From positions 1-38,871 of the IMG/VR virus record IMGVR_UViG_3300022670_000401: a stretch of 38,871 bases of DNA; one strand, 5' to 3'. Below are positions 1 through 8,517 of this stretch, in pieces; positions within the stretch are counted from its first letter, which is position 1; each line of letters starts with the position of its first letter. The translations under genes were made by a program, and so were the position numbers. The notes under the pieces were generated by a model, which saw only the letters and a program-made list of their open reading frames with translations, searched no databases and was not told the DNA's origin. The DNA is from a virus (taxonomy: Duplodnaviria; Caudoviricetes).

Positions 1-144
1 TTATTATGCACCCCTTTATTAGAGGTGCCTTGGTGTTGTTGTAACCATGAATCTTGGGCGCTCAACAAGCATTTTTATTTCGCCCAAATGCCTGATTAAT
101 TGCTTTCTACAAGGATCGTCAATAAAAACTCTTTCGGCCATAGC
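1..144. repeat. Terminal direct repeat, copy 1 (identical to 38728-38871); circular-assembly overlap or terminal redundancy
   Basis: TTATTATGCACCCC...TTCGGCCATAGC, 144 nt, occurs at both ends of the window. Confidence 0.97.
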
Positions 145-321
145 CATTGCTTCTGGTGTTTCGCTGTGGCCATATTCAAAATTATTGAGGGATTTTTTAA
201 TTCGATTCAGCAAAAGCTCTGAATAGTCGTTAAGCGCTTTCTCTACATCATCCAATAATTTCCTATCATCTTCCGCGACATACGGAGGCAATATAACAAT
301 ACTTCCAATTTCGATAGTCAT
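19..321 (-). CDS. Hypothetical phage protein
   Basis: 100-aa ORF with a TAAGGGGA RBS. Confidence 0.7.
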   Translation of the reverse strand: MTIEIGSIVILPPYVAEDDRKLLDDVEKALNDYSELLLNRIKKSLNNFEYGHSETPEAMAMAERVFIDDPCRKQLIRHLGEIKMLVERPRFMVTTTPRHL

Positions 322-334
322 ATCTTTCCCCTTA

Positions 335-607
335 TTAATGACAGTTAACTACATCATCGCCGTGCCAGAATCCCTCAAGACAGTGTCTTAATTCGTGACC
401 TAAGCAATCATGTGAGTAGTAACGCATATCCATTTTAATCGTACATATACCGTCACCTGGCGAGGTTAGCGCCTTAACTGTTTCGTACCCTGGCTTTGTT
501 AGGTTCTCGCTTGGCACAAAACGAAGATGGAACGATGTTTGGTAGATGTCTGGCTTGATTGTTGAGCAGCCTGATAGAAGCAGGCTTATTAGTAGAATTC
601 TGATCAT
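335..607 (-). CDS. Putative lipoprotein with an HExxH motif
   Basis: Signal peptide and lipobox LLSGC; HELRH motif; own promoter and RBS. Confidence 0.7.
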   Translation of the reverse strand: MIRILLISLLLSGCSTIKPDIYQTSFHLRFVPSENLTKPGYETVKALTSPGDGICTIKMDMRYYSHDCLGHELRHCLEGFWHGDDVVNCH

Positions 608-626
608 GTTGCTTTCCCTTAGTGAG

Positions 627-660
627 TGTTAAATATAGCACTGTAAGGGAGTATAGTAAA
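627..660 (-). promoter_or_regulatory. Sigma70-like promoter (TTTACT-N17-TATATT) overlapping the TGYTA-N4-TARCA operator at 627-640
   Basis: 17-bp spacing; motif shared with the other sites in this genome. Confidence 0.6.
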
Positions 661-669
661 CCTGTTTAT

Positions 670-858
670 TTATACGGTTAGCTCGCTGAAAGTAAACCAG
701 CCCGTCAAATCACCATCAATCACAGAGGTTCCATAGACCTTATACTTTGGCTCCCGACCTTTGTCGATACGCATACCAATACATTCGACAATCTCGTAAA
801 TATCATTACGAATAACCTCATCGCCTATTTCTATTTCAAATGGGTTATCCATTACCAC
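670..858 (-). CDS. Hypothetical protein
   Basis: 62-aa ORF overlapping the upstream stop. Confidence 0.55.
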   Translation of the reverse strand: MVMDNPFEIEIGDEVIRNDIYEIVECIGMRIDKGREPKYKVYGTSVIDGDLTGWFTFSELTV

Positions 859-1103
859 TCAAGCCCCGTATTTGCGATTCGTGCGATTTCATTCTTGGCT
901 TTTATCTCGACATCATGCACCGCCAATTTCTTGTCATGCTCAATTACTACCTTGGCTGTATTTTGTACGATTGGCTCGTATACGTCCTTATGGTTCTCCA
1001 TCAGGCGTATTCTTACCTCCCCATAAACAAGGGCAGTTCCCAGGGCGATTGATATGCCCAGGACTTGCTTAACCTGGGTTAGAGTTACACTTAATTCGGT
1101 CAT
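852..1103 (-). CDS. Membrane protein (TM helix plus coiled coil); possible lysis accessory or holin-like protein
   Basis: Likely start MTELSVT at 1103, ATGA-coupled to the upstream ORF; hydrophobic segment VLGISIALGTALVYG. Confidence 0.5.
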   Translation of the reverse strand: MTELSVTLTQVKQVLGISIALGTALVYGEVRIRLMENHKDVYEPIVQNTAKVVIEHDKKLAVHDVEIKAKNEIARIANTGLEW

Positions 1104-1255
1104 TTGATAAATATCATGACAATATTTGATAATCCGTACAGCGGGACGGCGATACCCATCATTGAAACAGCCGTTAAAATAGCTAATCCTTTCATGTGCG
1201 CGCCTGTGTTTTGTTCTGGTTTGATTGCATGACTTGTAGCTTGGGCGGTGTTCAT
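1100..1255 (-). CDS. 51-aa membrane peptide (MNTAQATSHAIKPEQNTGAHMKGLAILTAVSMMGIAVPLYGLSNIVMIFIK), not in the ORF track
   Basis: Translated by hand; GGTG RBS; stop overlaps the next ATG. Confidence 0.5.
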   Translation of the reverse strand: MNTAQATSHAIKPEQNTGAHMKGLAILTAVSMMGIAVPLYGLSNIVMIFIK

Positions 1256-1518
1256 ATATCACCTGCTTTTTGTTTGTTTTCCATATTATAGGTTTTGGCC
1301 AGCTCCTTAGCCAGCCTTATCAATTAACTAGAAATGTTCGTTCCTGACTTATCTGTTAAAACCTTGCCAGTATCATAATTGACCGTCCTGTAATTATAAT
1401 CATCACCGCCCAGACTGAGCCATGCAAAACGCTCATTACCAAATTTTTGTCCGGTAGACTTCCACTGGATACCGTTCCAATATTCTAATTCAATCATTTC
1501 CCTGCACCCCTTAATTAG

Positions 1519-1716
1519 TTATTTAGTGATCTCAAACCGGCCATCTTCCATTTCACTTTTGCAACGAAGCCAAATCTGACCGCTGGCAATGTCTTCATAC
1601 TCATAGAACGGCTCGTTACTGGCCTCTAAACGCCTATGATCTGGCGTTTTTTTAATGCGGTAATTCCCGCCATTTCTATGAGCTATTCTATCGCCCTGCT
1701 GAAATCTGAAATTCAT
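1519..1716 (-). CDS. DUF1653-like small SH3-fold protein
   Basis: HRNGGNY...IWLRCKSEMEDGRF pattern. Confidence 0.6.
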   Translation of the reverse strand: MNFRFQQGDRIAHRNGGNYRIKKTPDHRRLEASNEPFYEYEDIASGQIWLRCKSEMEDGRFEITK

Positions 1717-1728
1717 TACTGCACCCCT

Positions 1729-2163
1729 CTATCTATTTAATAACTCTGGATTTTCGTATGAATTACCGATAATCACGCCTTTTGTAATTGTTTCCGGCGA
1801 TACGCTAACCGGACTTTCGTAAGTCTTACTAAACCCGCAACCCCCAATCCATTCATCAACAAAACAGGCTTTATTTTCATCATATTTAATTAGCTTTAAC
1901 TGCCCGCAATCAAATTGATCATCAACAATATCCCTTTCGTAAATCTCTACCTCGTTCTTGTCCTTTACTCCCGTGAACCATAAAACAATGTATCGATCTT
2001 GATCTGTGTCATCTTCGAATGTAGGGTCTTTGTAGGAGTCGTACCCACTAGAAACCTCCAGAAAACCGTCAGGCATTAGGTGGAAATCAAACTTCCTAGC
2101 CCTTACAAGAAATTTCTTTTCCTGCTTATCCCATACCTTGTACTTAAATCTTGAATTACTCAT
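1729..2163 (-). CDS. YopX family protein
   Basis: KYKVWDK, FTGVKDKNEVEIYERDIV and IIGNSYENPELL motifs. Confidence 0.9.
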   Translation of the reverse strand: MSNSRFKYKVWDKQEKKFLVRARKFDFHLMPDGFLEVSSGYDSYKDPTFEDDTDQDRYIVLWFTGVKDKNEVEIYERDIVDDQFDCGQLKLIKYDENKACFVDEWIGGCGFSKTYESPVSVSPETITKGVIIGNSYENPELLNR

Positions 2164-2172
2164 AAATCCCCC

Positions 2173-2358
2173 TTAAATAAATTCGCTAACATCACATGGC
2201 ATACCGTATAAATCTTTCATTTCCCTGGCCATTTCATGATCTTCTCTGGCATGGCGTGATTTAACCTTGTGCGCCTCGGCTTGCTTTGCTGCCTGTGAGT
2301 GTTCGCGCTTTGGTGTTGGTGCGCCCGAATTGATTGTCATAGGTTTTAGTTTTGCCAT
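2173..2358 (-). CDS. Hypothetical protein
   Basis: Start MAKLKP after the ACTAAGGGGA RBS. Confidence 0.6.
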   Translation of the reverse strand: MAKLKPMTINSGAPTPKREHSQAAKQAEAHKVKSRHAREDHEMAREMKDLYGMPCDVSEFI

Positions 2359-2426
2359 GTGCTTCCCCTTAGTTTCACCCAGAAACCCCGGCATAGGCCA
2401 GGGTATGGGGACTTAGGGTAGTCGGT

Positions 2427-2645
2427 CTAACAATAGGTTCTGGTTAACCGTTTAGGAGTCCTTCCTAGATCATAAAGCTTATTCCAGATCTTAACGCTTA
2501 CAGGCATGTCGCAATCAGGCGCAAGAGTTTTAACAAGATCGATGTTTTCGCCACGAATACGACGAAATGTTTTCAGACTTACGCATGACAGTGAAGATCG
2601 AAGCTTTGACATTTTGGCTTTGTGAGTGCTTTTTGCTGTGGTCAT
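2427..2645 (-). CDS. Hypothetical basic protein
   Basis: 72-aa ORF directly behind a promoter/operator. Confidence 0.6.
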   Translation of the reverse strand: MTTAKSTHKAKMSKLRSSLSCVSLKTFRRIRGENIDLVKTLAPDCDMPVSVKIWNKLYDLGRTPKRLTRTYC

Positions 2646-2669
2646 ATTGTTTCCCTTTAGTGATGCCTC

Positions 2670-2698
2670 AATATAGCTGTTATATTTAGCACTGTAAA
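2670..2698 (-). promoter_or_regulatory. Sigma70-like promoter (TTTACA-N17-TATATT) with an operator in the spacer (2678-2691)
   Basis: Nearly identical to the promoter at 12666-12694. Confidence 0.7.
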
Positions 2699-2723
2699 CC
2701 TTTATATTTACTTTTTTATTGCC

Positions 2724-3131
2724 CTACCATGATTTCCACCAGTTACTAAGCTTTCTCCAGCCCACTACGCCGCGAAACATCCTGGGTATCTTCCATGTTT
2801 TCACTTTACTTTCCCTCAGCAATACACGAAACACTTTATCTCTCAGTATTCCTCTCCAGCCATTTTCGATACCAAAGTCATGAAACATACTGCCTATAGC
2901 AAATACTTCGTCCATGGGTTTACCAATCAACCATTGCACTGCCCAAGGTATATCAGCACCATTCCATGGATACCCCTTACGGATAACGCCTTCTTTTGCC
3001 TTACATAGACCACCTTCTTCGTAGGTAATTGTGTAGTTTACGTCCTGGTCAAGTACCCACTCATCGCCTTCTTGATGCTTGAGTACGTCAGAATGCAGAA
3101 TTGCCACATCTTTAATTTTTTGCATTACCAC
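2724..3131 (-). CDS. DUF1353 family protein
   Basis: KGYPWNGADIP...SMFHD...RDKVFRVLL...MFRGV pattern; sits next to the endolysin. Confidence 0.8.
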   Translation of the reverse strand: MVMQKIKDVAILHSDVLKHQEGDEWVLDQDVNYTITYEEGGLCKAKEGVIRKGYPWNGADIPWAVQWLIGKPMDEVFAIGSMFHDFGIENGWRGILRDKVFRVLLRESKVKTWKIPRMFRGVVGWRKLSNWWKSW

Positions 3132-3496
3132 CTCTCATTTTCTGCTCTAACGTCAATATGGGTAAAGCTGGAGTATCTGCCAATTCCGTATTTACCGTCA
3201 AAAAATCGACTCAGGAATAAATACACGTTGCCAGGGTCGATATCTTTAACCCGAATATCTGCGGCAATACCTACAAGGTGCTTGCTGCCCTTGGTTTTAT
3301 CTTCTGGATTACTAGGTTTTCCGCCCACAGCTTTGTTGTGGTCTGGGCATCGGCATGCTGAATTGATATAAACCGGTTTATCGAAATGATCCCTTACAAA
3401 CTCCAAAACACGTAAAAGCTCGGCATCTACGGCGGCAAAACCACACCCGCACTTACACTCAAATTCCGATCTTGAGAAATTCTTGCTTATTTTCAT
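3125..3496 (-). CDS. Peptidase M15A-family endolysin
   Basis: NFSRSEFECKCGC, SACRCPDHNKAVGG, SKHLVGIAADI and FTHIDVR Zn-peptidase motifs. Confidence 0.92.
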   Translation of the reverse strand: MKISKNFSRSEFECKCGCGFAAVDAELLRVLEFVRDHFDKPVYINSACRCPDHNKAVGGKPSNPEDKTKGSKHLVGIAADIRVKDIDPGNVYLFLSRFFDGKYGIGRYSSFTHIDVRAENERW

Positions 3497-3885
3497 TCCT
3501 TCACTTCCTTTGGCTTAGATTCCTCAAACTCTTTCTTAACGATCTTCAGAATCGTCTCAGTTATCCAGCTTATGAGATACGCTACAGATTCGTTATCCCT
3601 TAAGGTAGGATTTAGCCCAACAATATCACCGACATACATTGCAGCATGAAAAGCCTCGTGCGCCAGGCCGGCCAAAACAACGCAGCCATCTTCATGCGGC
3701 ATATGGATTGATACCGTCATAGACCCTTGCTTGTGATAGCAGTATCCGCCGAAATCCATGCAGTGATGGGAAAGTTTGTTCTTAGCATCCATAGCCTTAG
3801 CGTTCGAACAGTACTCAAGTGTCACCGGATACAGCGGGAAAGGAATCTTGTGTATCTTTGCTTTAATCTCTCTTTGTTCGGTCAT
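3493..3885 (-). CDS. Hypothetical protein with an HExxH (AHEAFH...NE) metallo-motif
   Basis: LAHEAFHAA and NESVAYLI. Confidence 0.7.
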   Translation of the reverse strand: MTEQREIKAKIHKIPFPLYPVTLEYCSNAKAMDAKNKLSHHCMDFGGYCYHKQGSMTVSIHMPHEDGCVVLAGLAHEAFHAAMYVGDIVGLNPTLRDNESVAYLISWITETILKIVKKEFEESKPKEVKE

Positions 3886-3898
3886 ACCTACCCCTTAG

Positions 3899-4204
3899 CT
3901 ATGAAAAATATACCTGCGTAACTTGGCGCTCTTTTCTTTCCACAAACTTGGCTTCGTCCAAATCATAGGAAAGGTCCATATCCTCCATACAGTCATCACC
4001 GGTGATTATGTAATCAGTGTATTGGATAAACTTGCCTTCGATCTCAGTAACACGCTCTTCAGCTATGTACCGTCGATGCTCATCCTGCTCGCCCTTATGA
4101 ATAACTTTTCCGTAATCCGTTAGGATTTCAGCCAAGCCATTGTCATCAGCGTCCCAACCCTCTTTATTTGCGATGGCCGTTAAAAACTTTCTGATATCAG
4201 TCAT
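3899..4204 (-). CDS. Hypothetical acidic phage protein
   Basis: 101-aa ORF with an AAGGGGA RBS. Confidence 0.7.
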   Translation of the reverse strand: MTDIRKFLTAIANKEGWDADDNGLAEILTDYGKVIHKGEQDEHRRYIAEERVTEIEGKFIQYTDYIITGDDCMEDMDLSYDLDEAKFVERKERQVTQVYFS

Positions 4205-4264
4205 ACATTCCCCTTATATTTAACCTTTAACGTGTTTAACGCCCTGTGGTAGCGGCGCTTGTTA

Positions 4265-4510
4265 TCAACCTACATCTACCCAATCTTCTGCAAGCATATC
4301 GGTTTGAGACGCTAGCCAGGGTACGAGGCTTTTTGGCGCCGCTTCGTTTTCTGTCTGAAGTCCTGTTGTGTCGATGTAAATGTAGGGGCTTGTCATCTTA
4401 CTGTTCACATCAGGACGCTGAATCTTGATAAAAATACCCTTACCATTCCAGCCAGACCGGGCAATCTTACGCCCCGCCTTCAGTTCATGTAATGCTTGTC
4501 CAAAATCCAT
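4265..4510 (-). CDS. DUF2829 family protein (Tad2-like signalling-nucleotide sponge, anti-defence)
   Basis: MDFGQAL..LKAGRKIARSGWNGKG...PWLASQTDMLAEDW is the DUF2829 signature. Confidence 0.85.
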   Translation of the reverse strand: MDFGQALHELKAGRKIARSGWNGKGIFIKIQRPDVNSKMTSPYIYIDTTGLQTENEAAPKSLVPWLASQTDMLAEDWVDVG

Positions 4511-4603
4511 AAATCACCTCTAACTAAATGAGCCAGTAAAAGTACAAAAGGGGCTGGCTCGATAAACCCCTTATTTGTTATGCGCCCATAGAGCGCGGTG
4601 GTG

Positions 4604-4876
4604 TTACCCGAACTCTCTAAGAAGGTTCGATATTCCAAGCGCATCGGACGTCATTATTTCTTTATTGCGCCTTACCGAATAAGCCATGCCTTTAGGTACG
4701 ACAGATAAATCCTTATCATTAAAATAGTTAGAAAATATCCCTGCAATCTGGGCCTTTGTCGCTCCTTTGTTTACTGAGGATGGCCCTGACTTATCCGCGC
4801 TATCAAAAATCTCTTTTAGCTCGCCCCATGTTCTTGTATTAGTCTGAGCTTCTTTTTTTGCTTTTGCATTATTCAT
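4604..4876 (-). CDS. Hypothetical protein
   Basis: 90-aa ORF with RBS. Confidence 0.65.
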   Translation of the reverse strand: MNNAKAKKEAQTNTRTWGELKEIFDSADKSGPSSVNKGATKAQIAGIFSNYFNDKDLSVVPKGMAYSVRRNKEIMTSDALGISNLLREFG

Positions 4877-4898
4877 ATCTATCCCCTTAACCTGTTAA

Positions 4899-5102
4899 TT
4901 ATTTTCCAAAATCCATGTAGCCAGTGAAAGCACCGACAAAAGGTATAATTCCAATACCATGCATTACTTCAGCCTTATATGGTGCCTCAAAATCACAATT
5001 TGAAAGCTTGTATAAATTCTTACCCCATCCAATGGCAGATATAATCGCCACCAAAATCAGTACAATAACAATATTCGATAATTTCATATCAACAGTCCTC
5101 AA
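4899..5102 (-). CDS. Small membrane protein
   Basis: Hydrophobic N-terminus; CDFEAPYKAEVMHGIG motif recurrent in phages. Confidence 0.65.
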   Translation of the reverse strand: MRTVDMKLSNIVIVLILVAIISAIGWGKNLYKLSNCDFEAPYKAEVMHGIGIIPFVGAFTGYMDFGK

Positions 5103-5377
5103 TATATTGGTGAATAGTGTTCGCCGGTTGTGCGCGTTACCGTTTTGATTATCCGGCTCTTTACTGCCCGGCCGAAGTTTAATATCACCAGCCGGGCTTC
5201 AAGCAGCTCATCGATAGGTGACAATGACTCAAGCTTAATGTTTTTGTCCTGGCACGGAGCCCAGCGGCCTTCTGAATTTGAATCTTCAACCCAGATATAA
5301 AGCTTAAAATTATTCAGCTTATGAAATATGGGCTTGCCATTTGTCATTGCAAAGCTTTGTGCGTCTTGTGGTTTCAT
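5099..5377 (-). CDS. Hypothetical protein (true start probably MKPQDAQ at 5377)
   Basis: AAGGGA RBS before the ATG at 5377; the longer ORF call overlaps ssb. Confidence 0.55.
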   Translation of the reverse strand: MKPQDAQSFAMTNGKPIFHKLNNFKLYIWVEDSNSEGRWAPCQDKNIKLESLSPIDELLEARLVILNFGRAVKSRIIKTVTRTTGEHYSPIY

Positions 5378-5426
5378 GCTTTTCCCTTTTAATAAGCTAT
5401 AAACATAGCACTGCAAAATTATTCCT

Positions 5427-5945
5427 TTAATAGACTGGAGGTGCCACACCTTTTTCCCACCCAGGATTGCCTTGGTTTTTGTAATAAGCGGCATCATCCA
5501 GGCACATTTCTTCGCCGTTAGGGAACCAGTACCCAGTCTGAGTCGGCGCTTTCGGGGCTTGTTGTGGGGCTGACTGATATGTTTGTTGAGATGCAGCTTG
5601 TTGTGCTGGCACCGCCTGTTGCGAATGTGGCACACCATCTGAATGAACATAGCCAAGCTTTGAATCCTGAATAACCAGCTTTGGCTTGTACTTCGGGTCA
5701 GTCTGGTCTTCCATGATAATGCCAGTGCCAGATACTTCGATAATGGCACCCTTAATCAGCACATCATTGTAATACTGGATTTGTCCATCTTTTGCGAACA
5801 ATGCGGCCTCGTAATTCGTGTACTCGTTTTCCTTGGTTTTATAGTTAAAATTCTTCTCTCCAAGGCTTACAAAGAAAGTGGTTCCGGTATCGCCTGCGTG
5901 CTGTCGTGCATCGTTATTCAATTTACAGGTTACTGAGTGTGTCAT
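5427..5945 (-). CDS. ssb: Single-stranded DNA-binding protein
   Basis: OB-fold pattern (KGAIIEVSG) with a Q/A/P-rich tail; follows the recombinase and Gp157 genes. Confidence 0.75.
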   Translation of the reverse strand: MTHSVTCKLNNDARQHAGDTGTTFFVSLGEKNFNYKTKENEYTNYEAALFAKDGQIQYYNDVLIKGAIIEVSGTGIIMEDQTDPKYKPKLVIQDSKLGYVHSDGVPHSQQAVPAQQAASQQTYQSAPQQAPKAPTQTGYWFPNGEEMCLDDAAYYKNQGNPGWEKGVAPPVY

Positions 5946-5971
5946 AGTGTTTCCTTTACGGTTATCCGCTG

Positions 5972-6460
5972 TTATTTAATTGTTAAGCCAGGCTTTGATT
6001 CGCCTATTGTGGCGCCAGGTATTTCAGTGCCGGCTTTAAGTGCAGTCAATGCCGCCTTTTTATCGATTGAATCAACAACCTTAATTGACCTGTATTCGTC
6101 AGGAATCAATGATTCGTCAGTGATTTTTAGGACTGGCTTCGGCTTTGATAGGCTGGCCGATTTAATGCCGCCGCTGATTTTCTTCAGTTTCATGGCTTGC
6201 ATGTTGTAAACCAGGTATTCCTCAAGCTTTGCCTTTGATTTCTCAATTGCTCGCCTGCGATCCGAAAGGCGTTTTTCTTCTGTCTTGAATGCTTCAATGT
6301 CGCCGCTCAAGTTTGCCAGCAAAAACAGAATGCTCTCGCCCTTGCTTTCAAAGTCGCCTTTGATCATATCGATTGTGTCGGCAAGCTGATCTTCTGGCAC
6401 TCCGTCAGAAATCATTGTTTCAATTTCTTTCATGCTTCCTGTGATTTCATACAGCTTCAT
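5972..6460 (-). CDS. Siphovirus Gp157 family protein
   Basis: MKLYEIT, EEKRLSDRRRAIE, DESLIPDEY and IDKKAALTALKAGTEIPGA. Confidence 0.9.
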   Translation of the reverse strand: MKLYEITGSMKEIETMISDGVPEDQLADTIDMIKGDFESKGESILFLLANLSGDIEAFKTEEKRLSDRRRAIEKSKAKLEEYLVYNMQAMKLKKISGGIKSASLSKPKPVLKITDESLIPDEYRSIKVVDSIDKKAALTALKAGTEIPGATIGESKPGLTIK

Positions 6461-7203
6461 GCTTTATCCTCCAGCTTCTTTTTTGCTTCATGGTACGCGG
6501 CGTCCAGTGTCTTTTTCTCTTCCTCTGGCTTTAGCCCAAGGATAGGCGCTTCTCGGTCAATCTTGCCGGATGCCATGCCGTACACGCTGCCAACAGCCTC
6601 CATGTTTGGAACCATTGCAATTGCATCAACCTTGTCAGCAACAAATGCCCGCAACTCTTTAATCTTTAAGGTGTACTGCTCGTCAGCGTGGTCAGCTTTC
6701 TTCAGGTCATTCTCAAGTTTGGCTTCCTGCTTGTATCCATGATCATCAAATTCGCCCATAAATACATCGGAGCAAACACCTAATAGGCTAAGGCACTTTT
6801 TCATTGCATCGGTAACTGATTTTTTAGCGTATTCATGATCAACATAAATCTTTCCGTTGTTGGTCATGTATCGGTATTTAGTGTGGCCATACTGCTGAAA
6901 TGAATTGTCTTTTGTTCCAGCCCACATTTGAATTAAAAGCGTGTGCGTCTTCTCCCAAACAAAAGCGCCGTTATCCTTCATTACCTCATTGTTTAGCATC
7001 ATTGGCTTGGTATCGTCCATACGCTCGCTAATGATTGAGTAGCCCCAGCCTTCGCCTATTGGCCCCAGAACCTCGGTTGCCAGCTTAACCATGTACACGC
7101 CATCCAAACTTGTAAGCTTGTTACCATCAACGTTAGCGGCCTTTGTGTACTTCTCGTCAGTCTTTGGAAACTGATTCCAAATCTTTAATCCCGTGTCGCT
7201 CAT
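6457..7203 (-). CDS. Rad52/Sak-like single-strand annealing recombinase
   Basis: ATEVLGPIGEGWGY and AKKSVTDAMKKCLSLLGVCSDVFMG motifs; start at 7203 after CAACTAAGGGG. Confidence 0.75.
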   Translation of the reverse strand: MSDTGLKIWNQFPKTDEKYTKAANVDGNKLTSLDGVYMVKLATEVLGPIGEGWGYSIISERMDDTKPMMLNNEVMKDNGAFVWEKTHTLLIQMWAGTKDNSFQQYGHTKYRYMTNNGKIYVDHEYAKKSVTDAMKKCLSLLGVCSDVFMGEFDDHGYKQEAKLENDLKKADHADEQYTLKIKELRAFVADKVDAIAMVPNMEAVGSVYGMASGKIDREAPILGLKPEEEKKTLDAAYHEAKKKLEDKA

Positions 7204-7220
7204 ATGTTTCCCCTTAGTTG

Positions 7221-7465
7221 TTATTTGCCAAAACTGTACTTTTGGCACTTACTTTCCATTTCAGATCCGCTTTCAAAGAATCCATAAGCCCAGTAATCAT
7301 TATGGCCACACTCTTCGCACGTTGTTTTAGTCTCGTAAACCCGCGCTCATCATAAGCAGGATTTATAAGCTCGTTTTTCTCACCGCAGGCATTACAAGAA
7401 TCCATGCAGTGATATTGAGTTGGCTCCCTCGTTTCTTTTGGGTGTATCGGTTTTTCTTGTTTCAT
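7221..7465 (-). pseudogene. Zinc-ribbon protein split by a -1 frameshift near 7335-7342
   Basis: Frame 0 gives CNACG; the -1 frame gives YETKTTCEECGHNDYWAYGFFES...K* ending just before the next RBS. Confidence 0.6.
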
Positions 7466-7488
7466 GATTTTTCCCTTAGTGAGCACAC

Positions 7489-7530
7489 AGTATAAACGCT
7501 GTTATTTTTAACATCAACCTATTTTTAACA
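7489..7530 (-). promoter_or_regulatory. Leftward early promoter (TTGATG-N17-TATACT) with tandem operators at 7500-7513 and 7517-7530
   Basis: Palindrome TGTTA-TTTT-TAACA lies between divergent genes. Confidence 0.7.
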
Positions 7531-7573
7531 CTGTTTTTCGTGTATGCTGAGTTTTTTACATGAGGACTATATT

Positions 7574-7807
7574 ATGGCTGCACCAGCTAAAGAAGAATTT
7601 GAACGCACATCAAGCCTGCCTAAATGCTTCGAATTGGCATTTAAGAAAACCGGCCTTAAGGTAAAGGATTTTGCCTACTTTATGAACATTGATACTGCTC
7701 GAAGCTGCCGGATTCGAAAGCAGGAAAACATGCAGACAGATACAGCACAGAAGGCAGCCGCATTTTTTGGTATGCCTATGTCTGAGTTCATTAAGTTAGG
7801 CGAATAA
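7574..7807 (+). CDS. XRE/Cro-like HTH transcriptional regulator
   Basis: GLKVKDFAYFMNI...TAQKAAAFFGMPMSEFIKLGE; GAGG RBS before the ATG at 7574. Confidence 0.8.
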   Translation: MAAPAKEEFERTSSLPKCFELAFKKTGLKVKDFAYFMNIDTARSCRIRKQENMQTDTAQKAAAFFGMPMSEFIKLGE

Positions 7808-7831
7808 CAATCAGCTTCGGGAAAAGCAACT

Positions 7832-8107
7832 ATGTGTAACTGCATGACAGAACTAAAAGCCAATATTGCGCGTGATTTGGCAGTTGAGCACAATGTGATT
7901 GGCGGTGTAGATGCTCGATGGTCAAACACTAAACGAGTGTCTACCAAGGATAAAATGCAGCGTAACCGGGTTGTAGTGGTGCCGTCAGTATCAATCACTG
8001 CAACCTACTCACAAACAACGGCGCTTGGAAAACCGTTTAAAAATGCTACTGTTGAAAGTATTACGATTAAACCTATTCACTGCATGATCTGTGGGAAAAA
8101 GTTATGA
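7832..8107 (+). CDS. Zn-binding hypothetical phage protein
   Basis: MCNC at the N-terminus and CMICGKK at the C-terminus. Confidence 0.7.
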   Translation: MCNCMTELKANIARDLAVEHNVIGGVDARWSNTKRVSTKDKMQRNRVVVVPSVSITATYSQTTALGKPFKNATVESITIKPIHCMICGKKL

Positions 8108-8298
8108 CACATAAAATTGGGATAGGAACTATAGAATATCTAATGAAGTCCCATGTTCCTTGGCAGCCAGGAAAAATACATGTTGGGCCGGTAGAGCTGT
8201 CTAAGGACGATCTCATTCATAGTCCCGATATACATAAGCTTGCATCAATGATGGCATCACTACGGGGTAAAATAGAAAATATGATTGAGCCCATTTAG
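8104..8298 (+). CDS. Hypothetical protein
   Basis: ATGA-coupled 64-aa ORF. Confidence 0.55.
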   Translation: MTHKIGIGTIEYLMKSHVPWQPGKIHVGPVELSKDDLIHSPDIHKLASMMASLRGKIENMIEPI

Positions 8299-8323
8299 GG
8301 TTATTCTTATTATTAGATTTGAT

Positions 8324-8366
8324 AAAAAAGCCCGGCTGGCTAAGGGATAACCAGTCGGGCTTTTTT
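8324..8366. terminator. Bidirectional intrinsic terminator
   Basis: A6-GCCCGGCTGG-loop-CCAGTCGGGC-T6 between convergent units. Confidence 0.9.
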
Positions 8367-8517
8367 GGGTCTGCGTGGATGAGAACAAACCAAGGGTACT
8401 AATCAACTAAGGGGTGCCCGGTACAATTCCTTGTATCCGGGCCTAGGTCACTTCGGGAAAAGCACATGACACTATCAAGGAGATGTTTTAAATCAAGGAG
8501 ACAGGGGCATAACCTGT
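8324..8517 (-). ncRNA. Candidate ~190-nt sRNA with multiple anti-Shine-Dalgarno motifs
   Basis: Promoter TTGTGT-N17-TATTAT at 8522-8550; four hairpins (U-G pairs and a GGAA loop favour the minus strand); terminator; CU-rich loops and linkers. Confidence 0.65.

Noticed and set aside
1-144. Biological terminal repeat or att site
   Set aside because: The repeat cuts through a CDS and is most simply a circular-assembly overlap; no integrase is present
5378-5749. N-terminal extension of the 216-aa ORF 5099-5749
   Set aside because: It overlaps ssb out of frame; an RBS and operator precede the ATG at 5377
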